From IMG/VR virus record IMGVR_UViG_2061766007_000514: a DNA stretch of 64,000 bases. One strand, written 5' to 3'. Numbering within the stretch: position 1 is the first letter of the stretch; each line of letters begins with the position of its first letter. Origin of the DNA: an uncultured virus (IMG/VR IMGVR_UViG_2061766007_000514). Taxonomy: Duplodnaviria; Heunggongvirae; Uroviricota; Caudoviricetes. Position numbers and translations under genes: made by a program. Under the pieces are notes generated by a model. The model had not been told where the DNA came from. It was given only the letters and a program-made list of their open reading frames with translations, and did not search any database. Below are positions 9,618 through 21,100 of the stretch, piece after piece.

Positions 9618-9986
9618 TTAATCAAATTCGTCATTTTCATCATTAAAAAATTCTCTTATATTGAACCATTTATCTTCCATCAGATTTCCAATTTCATCAA
9701 TTCCTGATCCCAAACCTTGTTCTTTAATCCGAATATACTTTCCTTCAAGTTCTTCCCAAGAATCGACGCCAACAACATCTAATATATTCGATATTGCTTC
9801 CATACTTTTAGCGGAATATATCCTGGTTCTAGTATCAATATCGTAAGAATCTAAACAGTATCCACCAATACCGCACCCACATCCACTGAACTCAACAAAA
9901 ATGAAAAAAGTCAGAATTCCATGATCTTCTCGCCCTAAAAATGTCTGTGTAATTTTTGCGTTTTTAATTTCCATAACTGCCTCCAA
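9618..9986 (-). CDS. hypothetical phage protein
   Basis: 122-aa ORF; EDHGILTF...GIGGY..D motif. Confidence 0.6.
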   Translation of the reverse strand: MEAVMEIKNAKITQTFLGREDHGILTFFIFVEFSGCGCGIGGYCLDSYDIDTRTRIYSAKSMEAISNILDVVGVDSWEELEGKYIRIKEQGLGSGIDEIGNLMEDKWFNIREFFNDENDEFD

Positions 9987-10529
9987 ATATTAGTATTTAC
10001 GATATGTGCAGATGGGAAATTAGTTAAGAACATTTTTGCATTCCGCTCAAGTTCCATTTTTCCACCTTCTGCAAGACCACGAATATGCAGGATCTCATCA
10101 TCAGTCAATTTTTCTCCGTCGATCACCAATGTACGAAGCCAGTCTTCCAACCAGGCGATGTTTCCTCCTTCATTCAAGAAACTTGCAATGTATCTTGTTG
10201 CACGAATTCCATGTATTTTTTTGTTTTCCCACTCATCGTACATTTTAATACCTCCAAATAAAAACGGACTAGTTTTCAACACGTTCACATTTTGCATTAT
10301 CCGCCATTAAGTANNNNNNNNNNNNNNNNNNNNNNNNNNNNNNNTCGTCTAATTGAATAAACATTGGAATAGGTGGCTGTGCACCTTTGAATGTATATCC
10401 AGATAGTTCACCGTCAATGGTTCTAACTTCCATATGTTCACATCGGAACGCAAGAATATACCCATTTTTAAAAATGATACTTATATTTCGCATTATTACT
10501 GCCTCCTCAAAATAAAAGGGACCCCGAAA

Positions 10530-12117
10530 TCAGAGTCCCTTTACAGCGTTCTCAACGGGCTGGTAACGCTCAGTGTTGAGAGTCTCGAGCAAACATTCAT
10601 ACGGATCTGCCTTTCCAGACATCACCATTTTACAAATGTTCACGGAGAATCCGCTAACAAGAGCTACACCCAGCTCGTTTTCCCGAACAGGAATCGCGCC
10701 GGTACGAGAGTTGACATTCCAGAATACAAGCCTCGGNNNNNNNNNNNNNNNNNNNNNNNNNNNNNNNNNNNNNNNNNNNNNNNGAGGTTGAAAAGCGTAG
10801 CATCGGCACGGCGCATATGACGATACGTCTGCCCATGACCGATTATAGACCGACCCACCGAATACTCCGCGCAGTGATCAAACTCCATATCAGAGATGAT
10901 CAGTACATTTGCCGGAATATCATCCTGACTAAGATGATTTTGAACAGCCGTCTGAAGAATGAGGTCAAATACCGCCTCAATGTTAGTATTTGAACACTCA
11001 TTATGTCTGGCTGCTTCCCTGAGCTTGTCCCTTAATGTCATATCGTCATTGAAAGTGACAAACTGCGGGCTGGCAGAGAATGTGATGTACCGGTTGTGGT
11101 ACGGTCCCTTAGCCCTTTCCGCAAAGTAAATGGCGAGAGCATTGGCGACATCAAGCGCCATAGCAGTTGTTCCAGCGATGCTCGTGATCATCGAACCACT
11201 ACCATCTGCGACAACCATTGTGGAGCCACCGCCATTGACCATGTCAGGAAGCGCTTTCCACATCGCCTCGAGTGCAGGATCGAAAGTTTTCGGCACATAT
11301 TCCCACCAGCTTTCACTGCCATTGTATGCATGAACAATATCATGCGGATACAGGACGGAGGAATTGATTTTAGCCTCGCCTCTTTCTAATGCCGAAAGAT
11401 AGGCAAAGCGGCGATCTGCGTCGTGACGAAGGAAAGCATCCTTATAGAGCAGATTAGCTTTCGACGGGACAGTTTCATAGTTGATGCTGCCCCAGTCATT
11501 GCTAGACATTTTCCGCTCCGTCACATCGAGGTAATGACGAAGATGGCTCAGGATCTTACGATAAGTCCTCTCCGTCAGGTGAATCCCTCTGTAGATGACT
11601 TTAGCGAGCGCCTTCGTATGTTCCGAAGAAGCATTAGCCGAAGGAAGCCACTTAGCCAGGAGAGAGACCGGCTTACCCACTTTGGAATTCTCCACATCTG
11701 CATGAATCTGTGACCAGATCAGGTCAAAGATTGTCTCACGGAACCGCAGATCCGGAAGAAGCTCCCACAGATCATCCCAACGGCCATATTCGGCAACCAG
11801 TGGAATGAGCCTTTTCAGGATATCAGGATCACGGTTTGCGATTGTCCACAAGCAGGTACGGAACAGTCTCCGTTCGCCGAGGCCGCCACGAATATCTCGG
11901 GCAAAGAAGAGCCACTTAATAGCAAGAAGCTTATTCTCGCTATAAGCCTTGTCGAAGCGCATCCGAATATCTTCCTCAAAAGCACCTCGCAGAGAGGCAA
12001 CGGCGAAATTCAGATCCAGGAGATCTTTACCGGTCGAGCGAAAGGCCAGAGCACCATTCTCAGTACGAGTCAGATTCGCATCAGAGTTCAGATAGGNNNN
12101 NNNNNNNNNNTGTTCAT
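10530..12117 (-). CDS. DUF2828-family TROVE/Ro60-like protein with C-terminal vWA (MIDAS) domain
   Basis: TENGA, RDIRGGLGERRLF, EYGRWDD, LLAKWLPS, MIDAS DGSGS, ISDMEFD; after the N gap the frame continues PRLVFWNV...VSGFS to TGA at 10530; ATG at 12117 after SD AAAGGGG. Confidence 0.8.
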
Positions 12118-12140
12118 TGCATTTTCCCCTTTCTTTAATA

Positions 12141-12479
12141 CAAGACATGTTTTTCTTTTGAAAACCACTCAAAGAAATAAATTTGCTGTGAATGTCTTTG
12201 GTAGGGCAAGGCACTAAAAATACACNNNNNNNNNNNNNNNNNNNNNNNNNNNNNNNNNNNNNNNNNNNNNNNGCGCATAATTCTTTTCAGTAGCAATAAG
12301 AATTGAATTGCTGTTAGCGCCTAAAAAAAAGAAACAAAGCACAGGTTTTTAATCTAATAAATATCCATAGATTTTGCTGTCTGTGCTTTTAAAAATATGA
12401 GAGAGTGCGAACAAGACACATGAGTCAGCCTCNNNNNNNNNNNNTTGCTGTGTGCGTCTTTCTTAAAGCCACTCTCTCC
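12141..12479 (-). ncRNA. tandem array of five stem-ACAGCAA-hairpin RNA units
   Basis: Units at 12141-12198, 12207-(gap), (gap)12273-12322, 12335-12389, 12412-12460; invariant ACAGCAA in the four readable units, with covarying closing stems. Confidence 0.75.
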
Positions 12480-12503
12480 ATTATATAGTTTGTAATTTTC
12501 GCG
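12479..12503 (-). promoter_or_regulatory. 25-bp phage promoter-like motif, copy 4 (upstream of RNA array and DUF2828 gene)
   Basis: CGCGAAAATTACAAACTATATAATG. Confidence 0.75.
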
Positions 12504-12605
12504 AATATAATTGGCTTCTCGGTTTTAGTATACGCAAGGTTTGCCCGTTACCGGTTTTACTTCCGTTCAGCCATTCGGAAGGCNNNNNNNNNNNNNNNNN
12601 NNNNN

Positions 12606-12692
12606 NNNNNNNNNNNNNNNNNNNNNNNNNNNCACGCTATTAGTAGCAACGGATTTTAAGTCCGCTATGTCTACCTATTCCATCACGGCGGC
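12606..12692 (-). tRNA. tRNA-Leu(TAA); 3' end hidden in N gap (end coordinate approximate)
   Basis: GCCGCCGTGATGGAATAGGTAGACATAGCGGACTTAAAATCCGT plus long variable arm. Confidence 0.8.
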
Positions 12693-13238
12693 AAATATCT
12701 ATTACTCTTCCTTCTTTTCTTCCTGCTTAACCACGACAACCTTCTTACGGAAAGGATTGCCGCAGAAGAAGGTAACGACACCCCAGATAAAGATGCCATA
12801 CGCTGCTACTCCGCAGATCGAAGTAACACAGTTAGATACAGCCTCTGCTCTGCTCATCGGTCTTACCGGAACCGGAACCTTAACCGTATCGGGCTTGCCA
12901 AAAGTGATGTTGATTTTCTTATCCATTTTTCTGCCTCCTTAAAATATAATTATTCTCCATCAAGGGTCATGTACTTTACTTCAAAGAACTGAGCGATGGG
13001 ATTAGCGCCATAGCCGAAACGAATAGAATTAACAGACAGTCCGCATGGAAGAACAAAAGGATCATCTTCGTCAGGAATATCAATCATCATCGCTGCTTCG
13101 TGCTCACCACTATCAAACAGATTTGTGCGAATCGCTCCAATTGCCAGCGGAATCGAGGAAAATGCTCCCAGATTTTCATCCCGAACCTTTCCGAAATCGT
13201 TATGCTTTCTGACATGATAGATCATTTTGAGCGCCTCC

Positions 13239-13907
13239 TTATTCAATACTCTCAATAATAAGAGTGACCTTGTAATTACCTGTAAACTGACTGACCAGAG
13301 TGTCCAGAAGTTTATAATTCATGCCGTTGGTCATTGCGATTTCCAGACGATCAACCGAGGATTTAGGAATATCAACGGTTTTCTCGGGCTCGCGATTTAC
13401 AGGCTTTTCCTTGGTTTCCACAACATCGACGGTCTCTCCTTCTACTACTTCTTTGGATGCTTTCAGAGCCTCGACAAATATCAATTTCATCTTTGATGCA
13501 TTCGGGCCATAGACTTTAGATTTATGCAAAGACCATCCGTTCTTAGATGCCCTCATATCAAGATAGTTACCACTCTTACCAAGCAACTCAGTTGAAATTG
13601 TACCGGTACTGATGTGCCACTTGTCAATAAGATAGTTGACATAATCCTGCTGAATATGGGAAGGCATGAGTCGGAATTCCTCAAAGCTGTAGAAGTTATT
13701 CAGATTGTATGAAACAACATCGCTGTTGAGCATAGCTTTCTCCTTTTTTGTAAGATAGTCGGATGGAAACCTACAGATTTTTGTTTTTGAGCCTGTCTTC
13801 TTATGTTTTGCCCCGTTAGCCATTCCTTTCCTGGTTTTCACATCTTCGATGAATGCATATGTCTCATCGTTCATTCTTATCTCCTTTCTTTTTGTCATGC
13901 CAGGCAA
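13239..13907 (-). CDS. hypothetical basic protein
   Basis: ~210-220-aa ORF; PSDYLTKKEK motif. Confidence 0.6.
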   Translation of the reverse strand: MPGMTKRKEIRMNDETYAFIEDVKTRKGMANGAKHKKTGSKTKICRFPSDYLTKKEKAMLNSDVVSYNLNNFYSFEEFRLMPSHIQQDYVNYLIDKWHISTGTISTELLGKSGNYLDMRASKNGWSLHKSKVYGPNASKMKLIFVEALKASKEVVEGETVDVVETKEKPVNREPEKTVDIPKSSVDRLEIAMTNGMNYKLLDTLVSQFTGNYKVTLIIESIE

Positions 13908-14642
13908 ATATCAAGGGTAAAAGATAATCGGCCAGAACACCTCCGACAGAAAAGATGACACAACTCCAAAAAACAACGAACGCGGCAGTGAACATCGGAG
14001 TTCAATCTCCTNNNNNNNNNNTTGAAAATATCCCCAAAAATCATACAATATCTATTACCGTCATAATAACCGACACCTATAGCTTTACGCGGTTTTGTTG
14101 CTTTAGTCGGTTCTTCTCGTTTACGAGTTGGTGCGACATCGACGTTCTCACATTGGATCATATTTAGATCAGCACATTTTCTTTGAGAGGAATACCAATT
14201 CCAATGATCGGAAATTCGATATGAGTCGTGTGGCTTGCTATAGTAACTAAGCTNNNNNNNNNNNNNNNNNNNNNNNNNNNNNNNNNNNNNNNNNNNNNGA
14301 TTTAATCACCTCATGTGTGGAATCGAGCTTTTTACATAACTCACTGAAAAAACGCTGTGCATCTTCCCTTTTTTGTCTGTCAATCTCAAGCCAATTAATT
14401 GAACTCATATCCGTTCTCCTCTTAAGATTATTTGAATATCAATTCACCAAGCTTTTTATGAAGATCAGGATCCAATTTTTTGACAGTGATATCANNNNNN
14501 NNNNAAAATATGAAGTTGCGTGCTGACATCCAGCAGTAAACAAAAGAGTTCCACCAGCAATGAGACAACTAACCCCACCGACAATTCGTACAATGTTTTT
14601 GATGTAGACGTTCAAATCTCTCGAACTCCTTTCAAAAAAAAT

Positions 14643-14725
14643 AGAGAGAGGATGACGCTTGCTACGGTTGTCTCGTCCGTTATACTCTACGGAGTCATCG
14701 GCGGCAAGATCTAATCACCCTCTCC
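14643..14725 (-). ncRNA. ORF-less structured RNA with hammerhead-like core
   Basis: Starts at motif copy 5; 11-bp closing stem GAGAGGGTGAT/GTCATCCTCTC followed by U-tract; inner CTTGC/GCAAG and TCCGT/ACGGA stems. Confidence 0.55.
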
Positions 14726-14749
14726 AATAAATACCTTGTAAAATTCGCG
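14725..14749 (-). promoter_or_regulatory. 25-bp phage promoter-like motif, copy 5
   Basis: CGCGAATTTTACAAGGTATTTATTG. Confidence 0.65.
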
Positions 14750-15069
14750 AATAAAAAGGAAGAGCCTATGTAAGGCTCAACCTTTCGAGACTCATCTTCT
14801 GAAAGCTTTGAGAATTGATCCAACGAAGAATCCGGTGAATATAGNNNNNNNNNNNNNNNNNNNNNNNNNNCACCATCCCTTTTCCTTGCCGGCAGCGACG
14901 CTCGCCCTAGCCAGTTCAGTTAACGCAGTAACTGAATCTGTACCTTCGCCTGCGATCTCCTTCAGCTTTTCATGGGATTCATCGGAAATGTACATGACAG
15001 AGTAACGATGTGCCAAATACCGATCATACGTTTTCATTTTAGTATCTCCTTTCAAAATATAAAGTATCT

Positions 15070-15094
15070 CATGAAAGGAGCTGCTATTTTCGCG
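15070..15094 (-). promoter_or_regulatory. 25-bp phage promoter-like motif, copy 6
   Basis: CGCGAAAATAGCAGCTCCTTTCATG. Confidence 0.65.
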
Positions 15095-15222
15095 CTTTAA
15101 GATGCTTACCTTGATAACAGGATTTCTTCCACATTCTGAATGCAGCAATACCTTCTATAAATATCCAGCCTAATCCTAGTGTTGCCGTTCCAAAAGCTAT
15201 AAGGATTCCGCAAATGATAATA

Positions 15223-15795
15223 TCATCCATAAATTGTACCTCTGCAGAAATAGGTAGTAGAGTGGCACCATTTTGTATTTACCTCAAAGATTTTCCAAAT
15301 CTCTTTACCTTGAGGAAACTCAGCCTGCCACCATAAGTCTTCTGGAGCGTCATGATCACCATCCATAGCTGCCTTAGCTGNNNNNNNNNNNNNNNNNNNN
15401 NNNNNNNNNNNNNNNNNNNNNNNNNNNNNNNNNNNNNNNNNNNNNNNNNNNNNNAATATCCCACTCTTAACTCGATTGAGAATAACTGCTCCAACGTAAA
15501 CCATATGATCGAATTCACAGCCACCAGCTTCTCCTTCAATCACTTTCGCCACAATGCAGAAGTCATGGTATTCATCTTGCCATGCTTTCTTAAGCGCCTG
15601 TATTACTTCACTATTGTCAGAATATCCAAGTAATCGTAGCTGTTCCGCAGCATCGTGTAGAGCAATCATTTTATTCGTCCAAATAGGCTCTTCTGAAATA
15701 TCATCAGCTCTAGCACTTACACCGGCAAACACCACAAGAGCGCAAAATATAATGACAAATAAAAGATAGTACAACCAATTCTTATTCATACTCAT
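15223..15795 (-). CDS. SleB-like cell-wall hydrolase (Hydrolase_2) with signal/TM anchor
   Basis: VAKVIEGEAGG...VGAVILNRVKS motif; hydrophobic N-terminus. Confidence 0.75.
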   Translation of the reverse strand: MSMNKNWLYYLLFVIIFCALVVFAGVSARADDISEEPIWTNKMIALHDAAEQLRLLGYSDNSEVIQALKKAWQDEYHDFCIVAKVIEGEAGGCEFDHMVYVGAVILNRVKSGIXXXXXXXXXXXXXXXXXXXXXXXXXXAKAAMDGDHDAPEDLWWQAEFPQGKEIWKIFEVNTKWCHSTTYFCRGTIYG

Positions 15796-17003
15796 CCACC
15801 TTTCTGATAAAACCGTTGTTCATTGAATTTTTTCTTATTCTCCAATGCCTCTCCTATCGCAAGGTCGATGCCTGCCCGTGACTTAAAGTGATAGTAATAT
15901 AAATCGATATACGCTGTGTTTAATCGATCAATTCGACCTGCTGCTTGTACCATTTGACGATAACTATACGTCTGTGAATAGAACACAATGGTATCTGTCG
16001 TTACACAATTCCAGCCTTCGCAACCTGCAATGTATTGAACCAAATACATCCAGTTAGTTCCTTGCGGTATTGATAGATGCTTATGTCCATTCCATTCTGC
16101 GCATAAGATACCGTTTTCTTTAGCAAGATTTTTTAGAATATCTAATTCGTAGTCATAAGTGTAGAAAACAATAAGCCGTGGATGCTCTTTGTAAATATCC
16201 ATAAGAGCTTCGCAACGGCTTACATCACTATTCACTATTCTTCTTAGACATTGACAGAACTCACTGGCATTATCTATTGGTCTATCAGCCCACCAGTTCC
16301 ATCGATTTTTACACAAATCTTTATACTTGATTTTATCGTAATCGACGTAAACGGTTTCATGATGCTGTATAGTATGCCTGTCGAACTCCATATCGACTAA
16401 TATCTTTCGCCGGAGTCGAATTAATCGTCCAGTTCCAGTATAGCGTTCTATGCGTTGATACTTAGGAATACGCCAATCGTAAATTACATGCTGTTGCACA
16501 AAGTCAGTTTTGTTTTTGTAAAATCCATTTGCAATGAACACTGGCATGTAATCAATCCATCTGTCACCTGGTGTCGCACTTAACAATATCCATTCGTTTT
16601 GTTTGGCAATTTTGAAAAAGGCTTTAACCCAGGCTCCATAACCTACCAAACGTTGCTCATCAAATATAAAAAAAGCACCACTGACTTCGGAATACTTGTC
16701 GATATTATTCCAAGAATCAATGATGACAGTATGATGATACCGATCTTTTTCAATATCTGTAGACATTAAAAATGGTAGAAGTTCGGCATCCCATTCATGT
16801 TTATCTCGTTTTTGAGCAGTCGTAATGATATATAATGGCTGTGGCGTTTCCTTTAAAATATCAAACTTCTCTCCGCAAGGATTTCCACCCTGCCGGAGGT
16901 AGTAATAAGCGNNNNNNNNNNNNNNNNNNNNNNNNNNNNNNNNNNNNNNNNNNNNNNNNNNNNNNNNTTTTTCTTGGTGCGGATATAACTGCAGCCAACC
17001 CAC
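15792..17003 (-). CDS. SF2 (SNF2/DEAD-like) helicase
   Basis: LYPHQ Q-motif, IFDEQ, LLSATPGD, QAAGRIDR; Walker A masked by Ns. Confidence 0.85.
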   Translation of the reverse strand: MGWLQLYPHQEKXXXXXXXXXXXXXXXXXXXAYYYLRQGGNPCGEKFDILKETPQPLYIITTAQKRDKHEWDAELLPFLMSTDIEKDRYHHTVIIDSWNNIDKYSEVSGAFFIFDEQRLVGYGAWVKAFFKIAKQNEWILLSATPGDRWIDYMPVFIANGFYKNKTDFVQQHVIYDWRIPKYQRIERYTGTGRLIRLRRKILVDMEFDRHTIQHHETVYVDYDKIKYKDLCKNRWNWWADRPIDNASEFCQCLRRIVNSDVSRCEALMDIYKEHPRLIVFYTYDYELDILKNLAKENGILCAEWNGHKHLSIPQGTNWMYLVQYIAGCEGWNCVTTDTIVFYSQTYSYRQMVQAAGRIDRLNTAYIDLYYYHFKSRAGIDLAIGEALENKKKFNEQRFYQKGG

Positions 17004-17307
17004 TTATTACCACCTCCGAAATATCATTTCAGGCTTCCTTCAAATGATCGATAATCTTATGGCCTGCAATCTTAATTCCCTTAATGTTCTCAATCTCATT
17101 GTCGGGGATTTTGTACAGATAAGCCTGAGTAATTTTGTCTGCTGACCCAGCATGAGCGACCAATGCTTCGTACACTTTCAAACCTATGAGCTGTGCATAA
17201 CCGCATTCCTCTGCCGCATAACGAAAGATTTCACCAGTCAACACCTTTTTGTCAGGGATCTTAATACCAAAAATCTTCTTCATAGTATTATACTCCTCTC
17301 ATTTTGA

Positions 17308-17823
17308 TCAATTTACGTCAAAGGGCGGCTCGCCGGGATAGTCGTCCTGAGCATACTTATCAGCATAGTAATCCTCTTCAAGAACAGCATACATTGTCTT
17401 CAGATACGCTTTTACACCGGTTTCCTCATACTCCTGACCGTTTCCATCCTTCTTTTTCATTTTCCAGTTATACGGATTGATGGTAAGATCAACAGATTTA
17501 ATATCTGCCTCATCAAGATTACCGATGGTTTCTTCATTCAGAAGAGTCTGCTTTCTATTAGTCACAAGTACAACCTTCGGAGGCTTATATGTAAAAGAAA
17601 CAGAAACAGGAAGTCTATACTCAGGAGCATCTCCCTCTTCTCTGGGAGGACGCACATGGACATTCCAACCATCGGCAATAAGCTGCTGAGCCATAGCTTC
17701 ATCAGTTATAATAACATTGAAATTACGATCTCCTTCGCGATTGTACTGACTTTTTTTGCCAGAGAAATTTCGAAAAATAATTTTTGCATTCTCGATGTTA
17801 ATAGCGCTGTCAACGTAAGGCAT
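17308..17823 (-). CDS. ssb: single-stranded DNA-binding protein
   Basis: FRNFSG..YN..GDRNF, GVKAYLK; acidic tail ending PF. Confidence 0.7.
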   Translation of the reverse strand: MPYVDSAINIENAKIIFRNFSGKKSQYNREGDRNFNVIITDEAMAQQLIADGWNVHVRPPREEGDAPEYRLPVSVSFTYKPPKVVLVTNRKQTLLNEETIGNLDEADIKSVDLTINPYNWKMKKKDGNGQEYEETGVKAYLKTMYAVLEEDYYADKYAQDDYPGEPPFDVN

Positions 17824-18190
17824 AATGTCTCTCCTTTCAATTATCGTGAGTATTCATGTAATTATGACGAAGCCTATGTTTTATGGGAATGGCTCCGTTA
17901 ATCCGATAATGCTTAAGTTCGTTCTCCAACTTAGACAGAACAACATCTGAATCTAACCCAATAAGAGAACAAAGATCTGCACCTAGACCATCTGTAAGAA
18001 AATATCTTATTTCGGAGTAATTACAATCTGCTGTTGGTGTAGCACCATGCATTAAGCTCTGCCAATCCTGCACTGTCTGACAAATCACAGCAGCAGCTAA
18101 TGCTCGCATGTCTTTAATGTCAGGATCAATGGGCGGAAATGAATGCTGAATGCCAAAATTAGGTGAAGATTCCAAAATATCAATTCCTCC

Positions 18191-21100
18191 TTAGAAAGGT
18201 ACGAGTATCCATGGCCATTCTGTCCAAGGTAAGTTAACAAATGACTCAAAATCTCCATATTCGCTGATTGTATTTACAGCCTCATCGCATAAGTGTTCAT
18301 AGTAGGAAATATCAATGTCCTTCTCTTTACCAAGTGACTTGACCATCTCTGCTTCCATCCAACGATATCCAGAGGTGCCAGTAACGGCGTAATACTTTCC
18401 ATTGTTCTCACGGTAAAGTACTCCGCCACCGGTGCCAGGTTTCATCGGACAGAACAAACCAACACGACCTATAAATCTGTAGTCATGTCCCTTTGCAATT
18501 CGTTCGCGAAGTTCTCTGGACTTAACAATTTTAGCTTGCAGCTCCTCGTCAAGAAGTTCCATCATCTCATCAGTCACAGAGGAAATATCATAGTTATTCT
18601 TGCGTAAGATTTCCTCATGCTTTGCAAGCTCTTTCTCTTCTAAACTGACATCAGTAAGCTTCTCATTCAAATCAAGATAGATGTTACCGGCTTTTACAGA
18701 CTTAGTTTCACACATATCTTCAAAGAGAATATCTTCATGACTGAAAAGCTTCTTGAACACATAAGGTACTGCAAACTGTGTTCCTGTTGCTGTCCATTCT
18801 CCAGCATGCTTACCGCCTTTGCTTCGATTACCAAGTTCATCATATTTAGCAATGTAAACGGCATTGTTTACAAGACAGAACTTCTCATAGGTCGCTTCAT
18901 GCTCGAACTCATATCCGTACTTTTTCCCAAATTCAATGCAAAAGTCGATAATATCAGGAGTAGCGCCAGGGATTTTAATTGAGTCTGTCTTGATGTGAAC
19001 AACCGGATAACCTTTCTTCTGAACTTCATCCTGCAAAGTGCGCATAAATAAAGCCCCGCGAAGAGCAATAATATTGTTCCGATCGCGAGGATCTCTTAAT
19101 GGATTTTCAAATGTCGCTGCAGCAATACCGTATGTGGAATTCAGAACCAGTTTTAGAGCACCTTGCAGCTTATCTGCTTCTTCAGCACTATTCAAGTATT
19201 TAGCAAGTTTTCCGCCGAGCATCTGTTTTGCCTCAGTAAAGTCACCTGTCTTAATACCCTTCTTGATCGCCATACGAGCATCACGAATCTCTCGATATTT
19301 CGCCGTATGTTCACCAAACTTATTCAATGCCAAAATAGAAGCGCCATGCATGTTACCTACATCCAAGAGTGCCACATCATGATAGATGCCTGGTTCAGCG
19401 TAAACATATCCACCAAATCCGACATCAGTTCCTCGATACATATTTACCCATTTATTCTTTTGCTTTTCCCAGCCAGCATCTGTAAATTCAGCACGAATCT
19501 TAGCAATCCCAGCCTTATTTTGAGCATCTTCAAACTGATCACCGTAGCGCTTGAATTCGTAACCTGGAAAGTGGTTAAGCGCTTTAGACATTTGATCTCG
19601 GCTTAAGCAATTATTCAATTCGCCATACTGAGCACCAGTTGAGAAATCGGTGTAAATATGTTTCGGATTCTTATCATTGCCAACGAGAATTTGAGTAATG
19701 TGCATTCTTGTGGTGTCATTCACCGTTAACCCAGATAAGTCTGCAAGGATTTGTCTTGCTGAGAAGTCGGCTTCACAAGCATTGAAAACCGCTTCGGTTG
19801 CAATTACATCATTTTCGCAATATGAAGCAACCTTAGTCCAGAGCTTCTTGTCAACAGGTTGATCCCAAGGAAGTCCTAACTCTTGATGGTGGATTCCAAG
19901 TTCAATTTCCCATTTTTTCAAGCTCTGTTTCTTTGCTGCAAAGTCATACACATCAGCATAACTAACCTTATAGGCTTCTCTAAAACCTTTATTTCGACCT
20001 TCGCGATCATCAGAGACAATATCCGACGAAAGTTTATACAGCTGGTCATTATCCNNNNNNNNNNNNNNNNNNNNNNNNNNNNNNNNNNNNNNNNNNNNNN
20101 NNNNNNNNNNNNNNNNNNNNNNNNNNNNNNNNNNNNNNNNNNNNNNNNNNTGGTTTCGGATTAAACATATGAACGACAGAAGCATCTTTTCCTTGGTATT
20201 TCCAACTGACTAAGAATAAGTTAGGGAAACACTCAATATCAAAGAAAACTATTGGTGCTTCATCTGGTAATAGTGCTTCTCCAGGTTCTTCCGATTTGAA
20301 TTTCATTTTTCCAACCATTTTGAGACAGTAATCAGCTTGGTTGGTACTCTCAGATGCAAATATCAATACATTCTGACGCAAATCACTCACGTCATACTTC
20401 ATGCCACTCTCATAAGCATCCTCAAGTATTTTGTAAATGAAATCAATACTCGGTTTAGTCGCAGGATGAACTTCTTTGTTTAGGTTCTTTTTGATTAATT
20501 CACGTAAGCCTTTTTCGGACTTGACAGTATTTAAGTTAACCACTTTTGCCTCCTTTAAAGGCAAACCAGAGCTAATAGATGCTATAGGAATATCATTGCA
20601 CTTACTCAGCCTCCTCCTGAGTGCGCTATTCCCTTTCGCTACCTTAATTTCTACATGATCAGCATAAATGTTTTCCAGTAAACTTGGATTGCCAGTATAG
20701 TAATAGTGCAGATGAATACCTTGACCACTTTTACTAAGTTCAGCATAAGTCGGTGGCCACTTAGCAGCAGCTTCTAGATTTTTTGCTAGACACTTGTTTC
20801 CTTCGTCGTCTNNNNNNNNNNNNNNNNNNNNNNNNNNNTGAGAATCTTAGGCACTTGCACGTAATGTGTTCGAGATGTATCAATATCTTTTAATCTCGTT
20901 TTCACATTGTTCCATTTGAATTCCGGTCTGCCATCTTCAGTCTCGTATTGAGCAAGACATTCTGCAAACTCTTGGTCAAAGAGACTTTTTCTTGTACGGA
21001 ATATCAACCATGACACTGGAGTATTCTTAGGTTTCTTTCCGCCTGGATCTTTTTCAAATTTCTCCTTCTTAAAGCCAGAATACCAATTTCGGGGTCTACT

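Noticed and set aside
12141..12460. CRISPR array interpretation of the periodic repeats
   Set aside because: Only a 7-nt core is invariant, the flanks covary as base pairs rather than repeating, and no cas operon is present; the nuclease at 3262-3921 is a typical phage PD-(D/E)XK enzyme
12510..12583. Possible additional structured RNA between tRNA-Leu and motif copy 4
   Set aside because: Only short pairings (TGGCT/AGCCA, TTCCG/CGGAA); the 5' part is masked and no recognisable fold emerges
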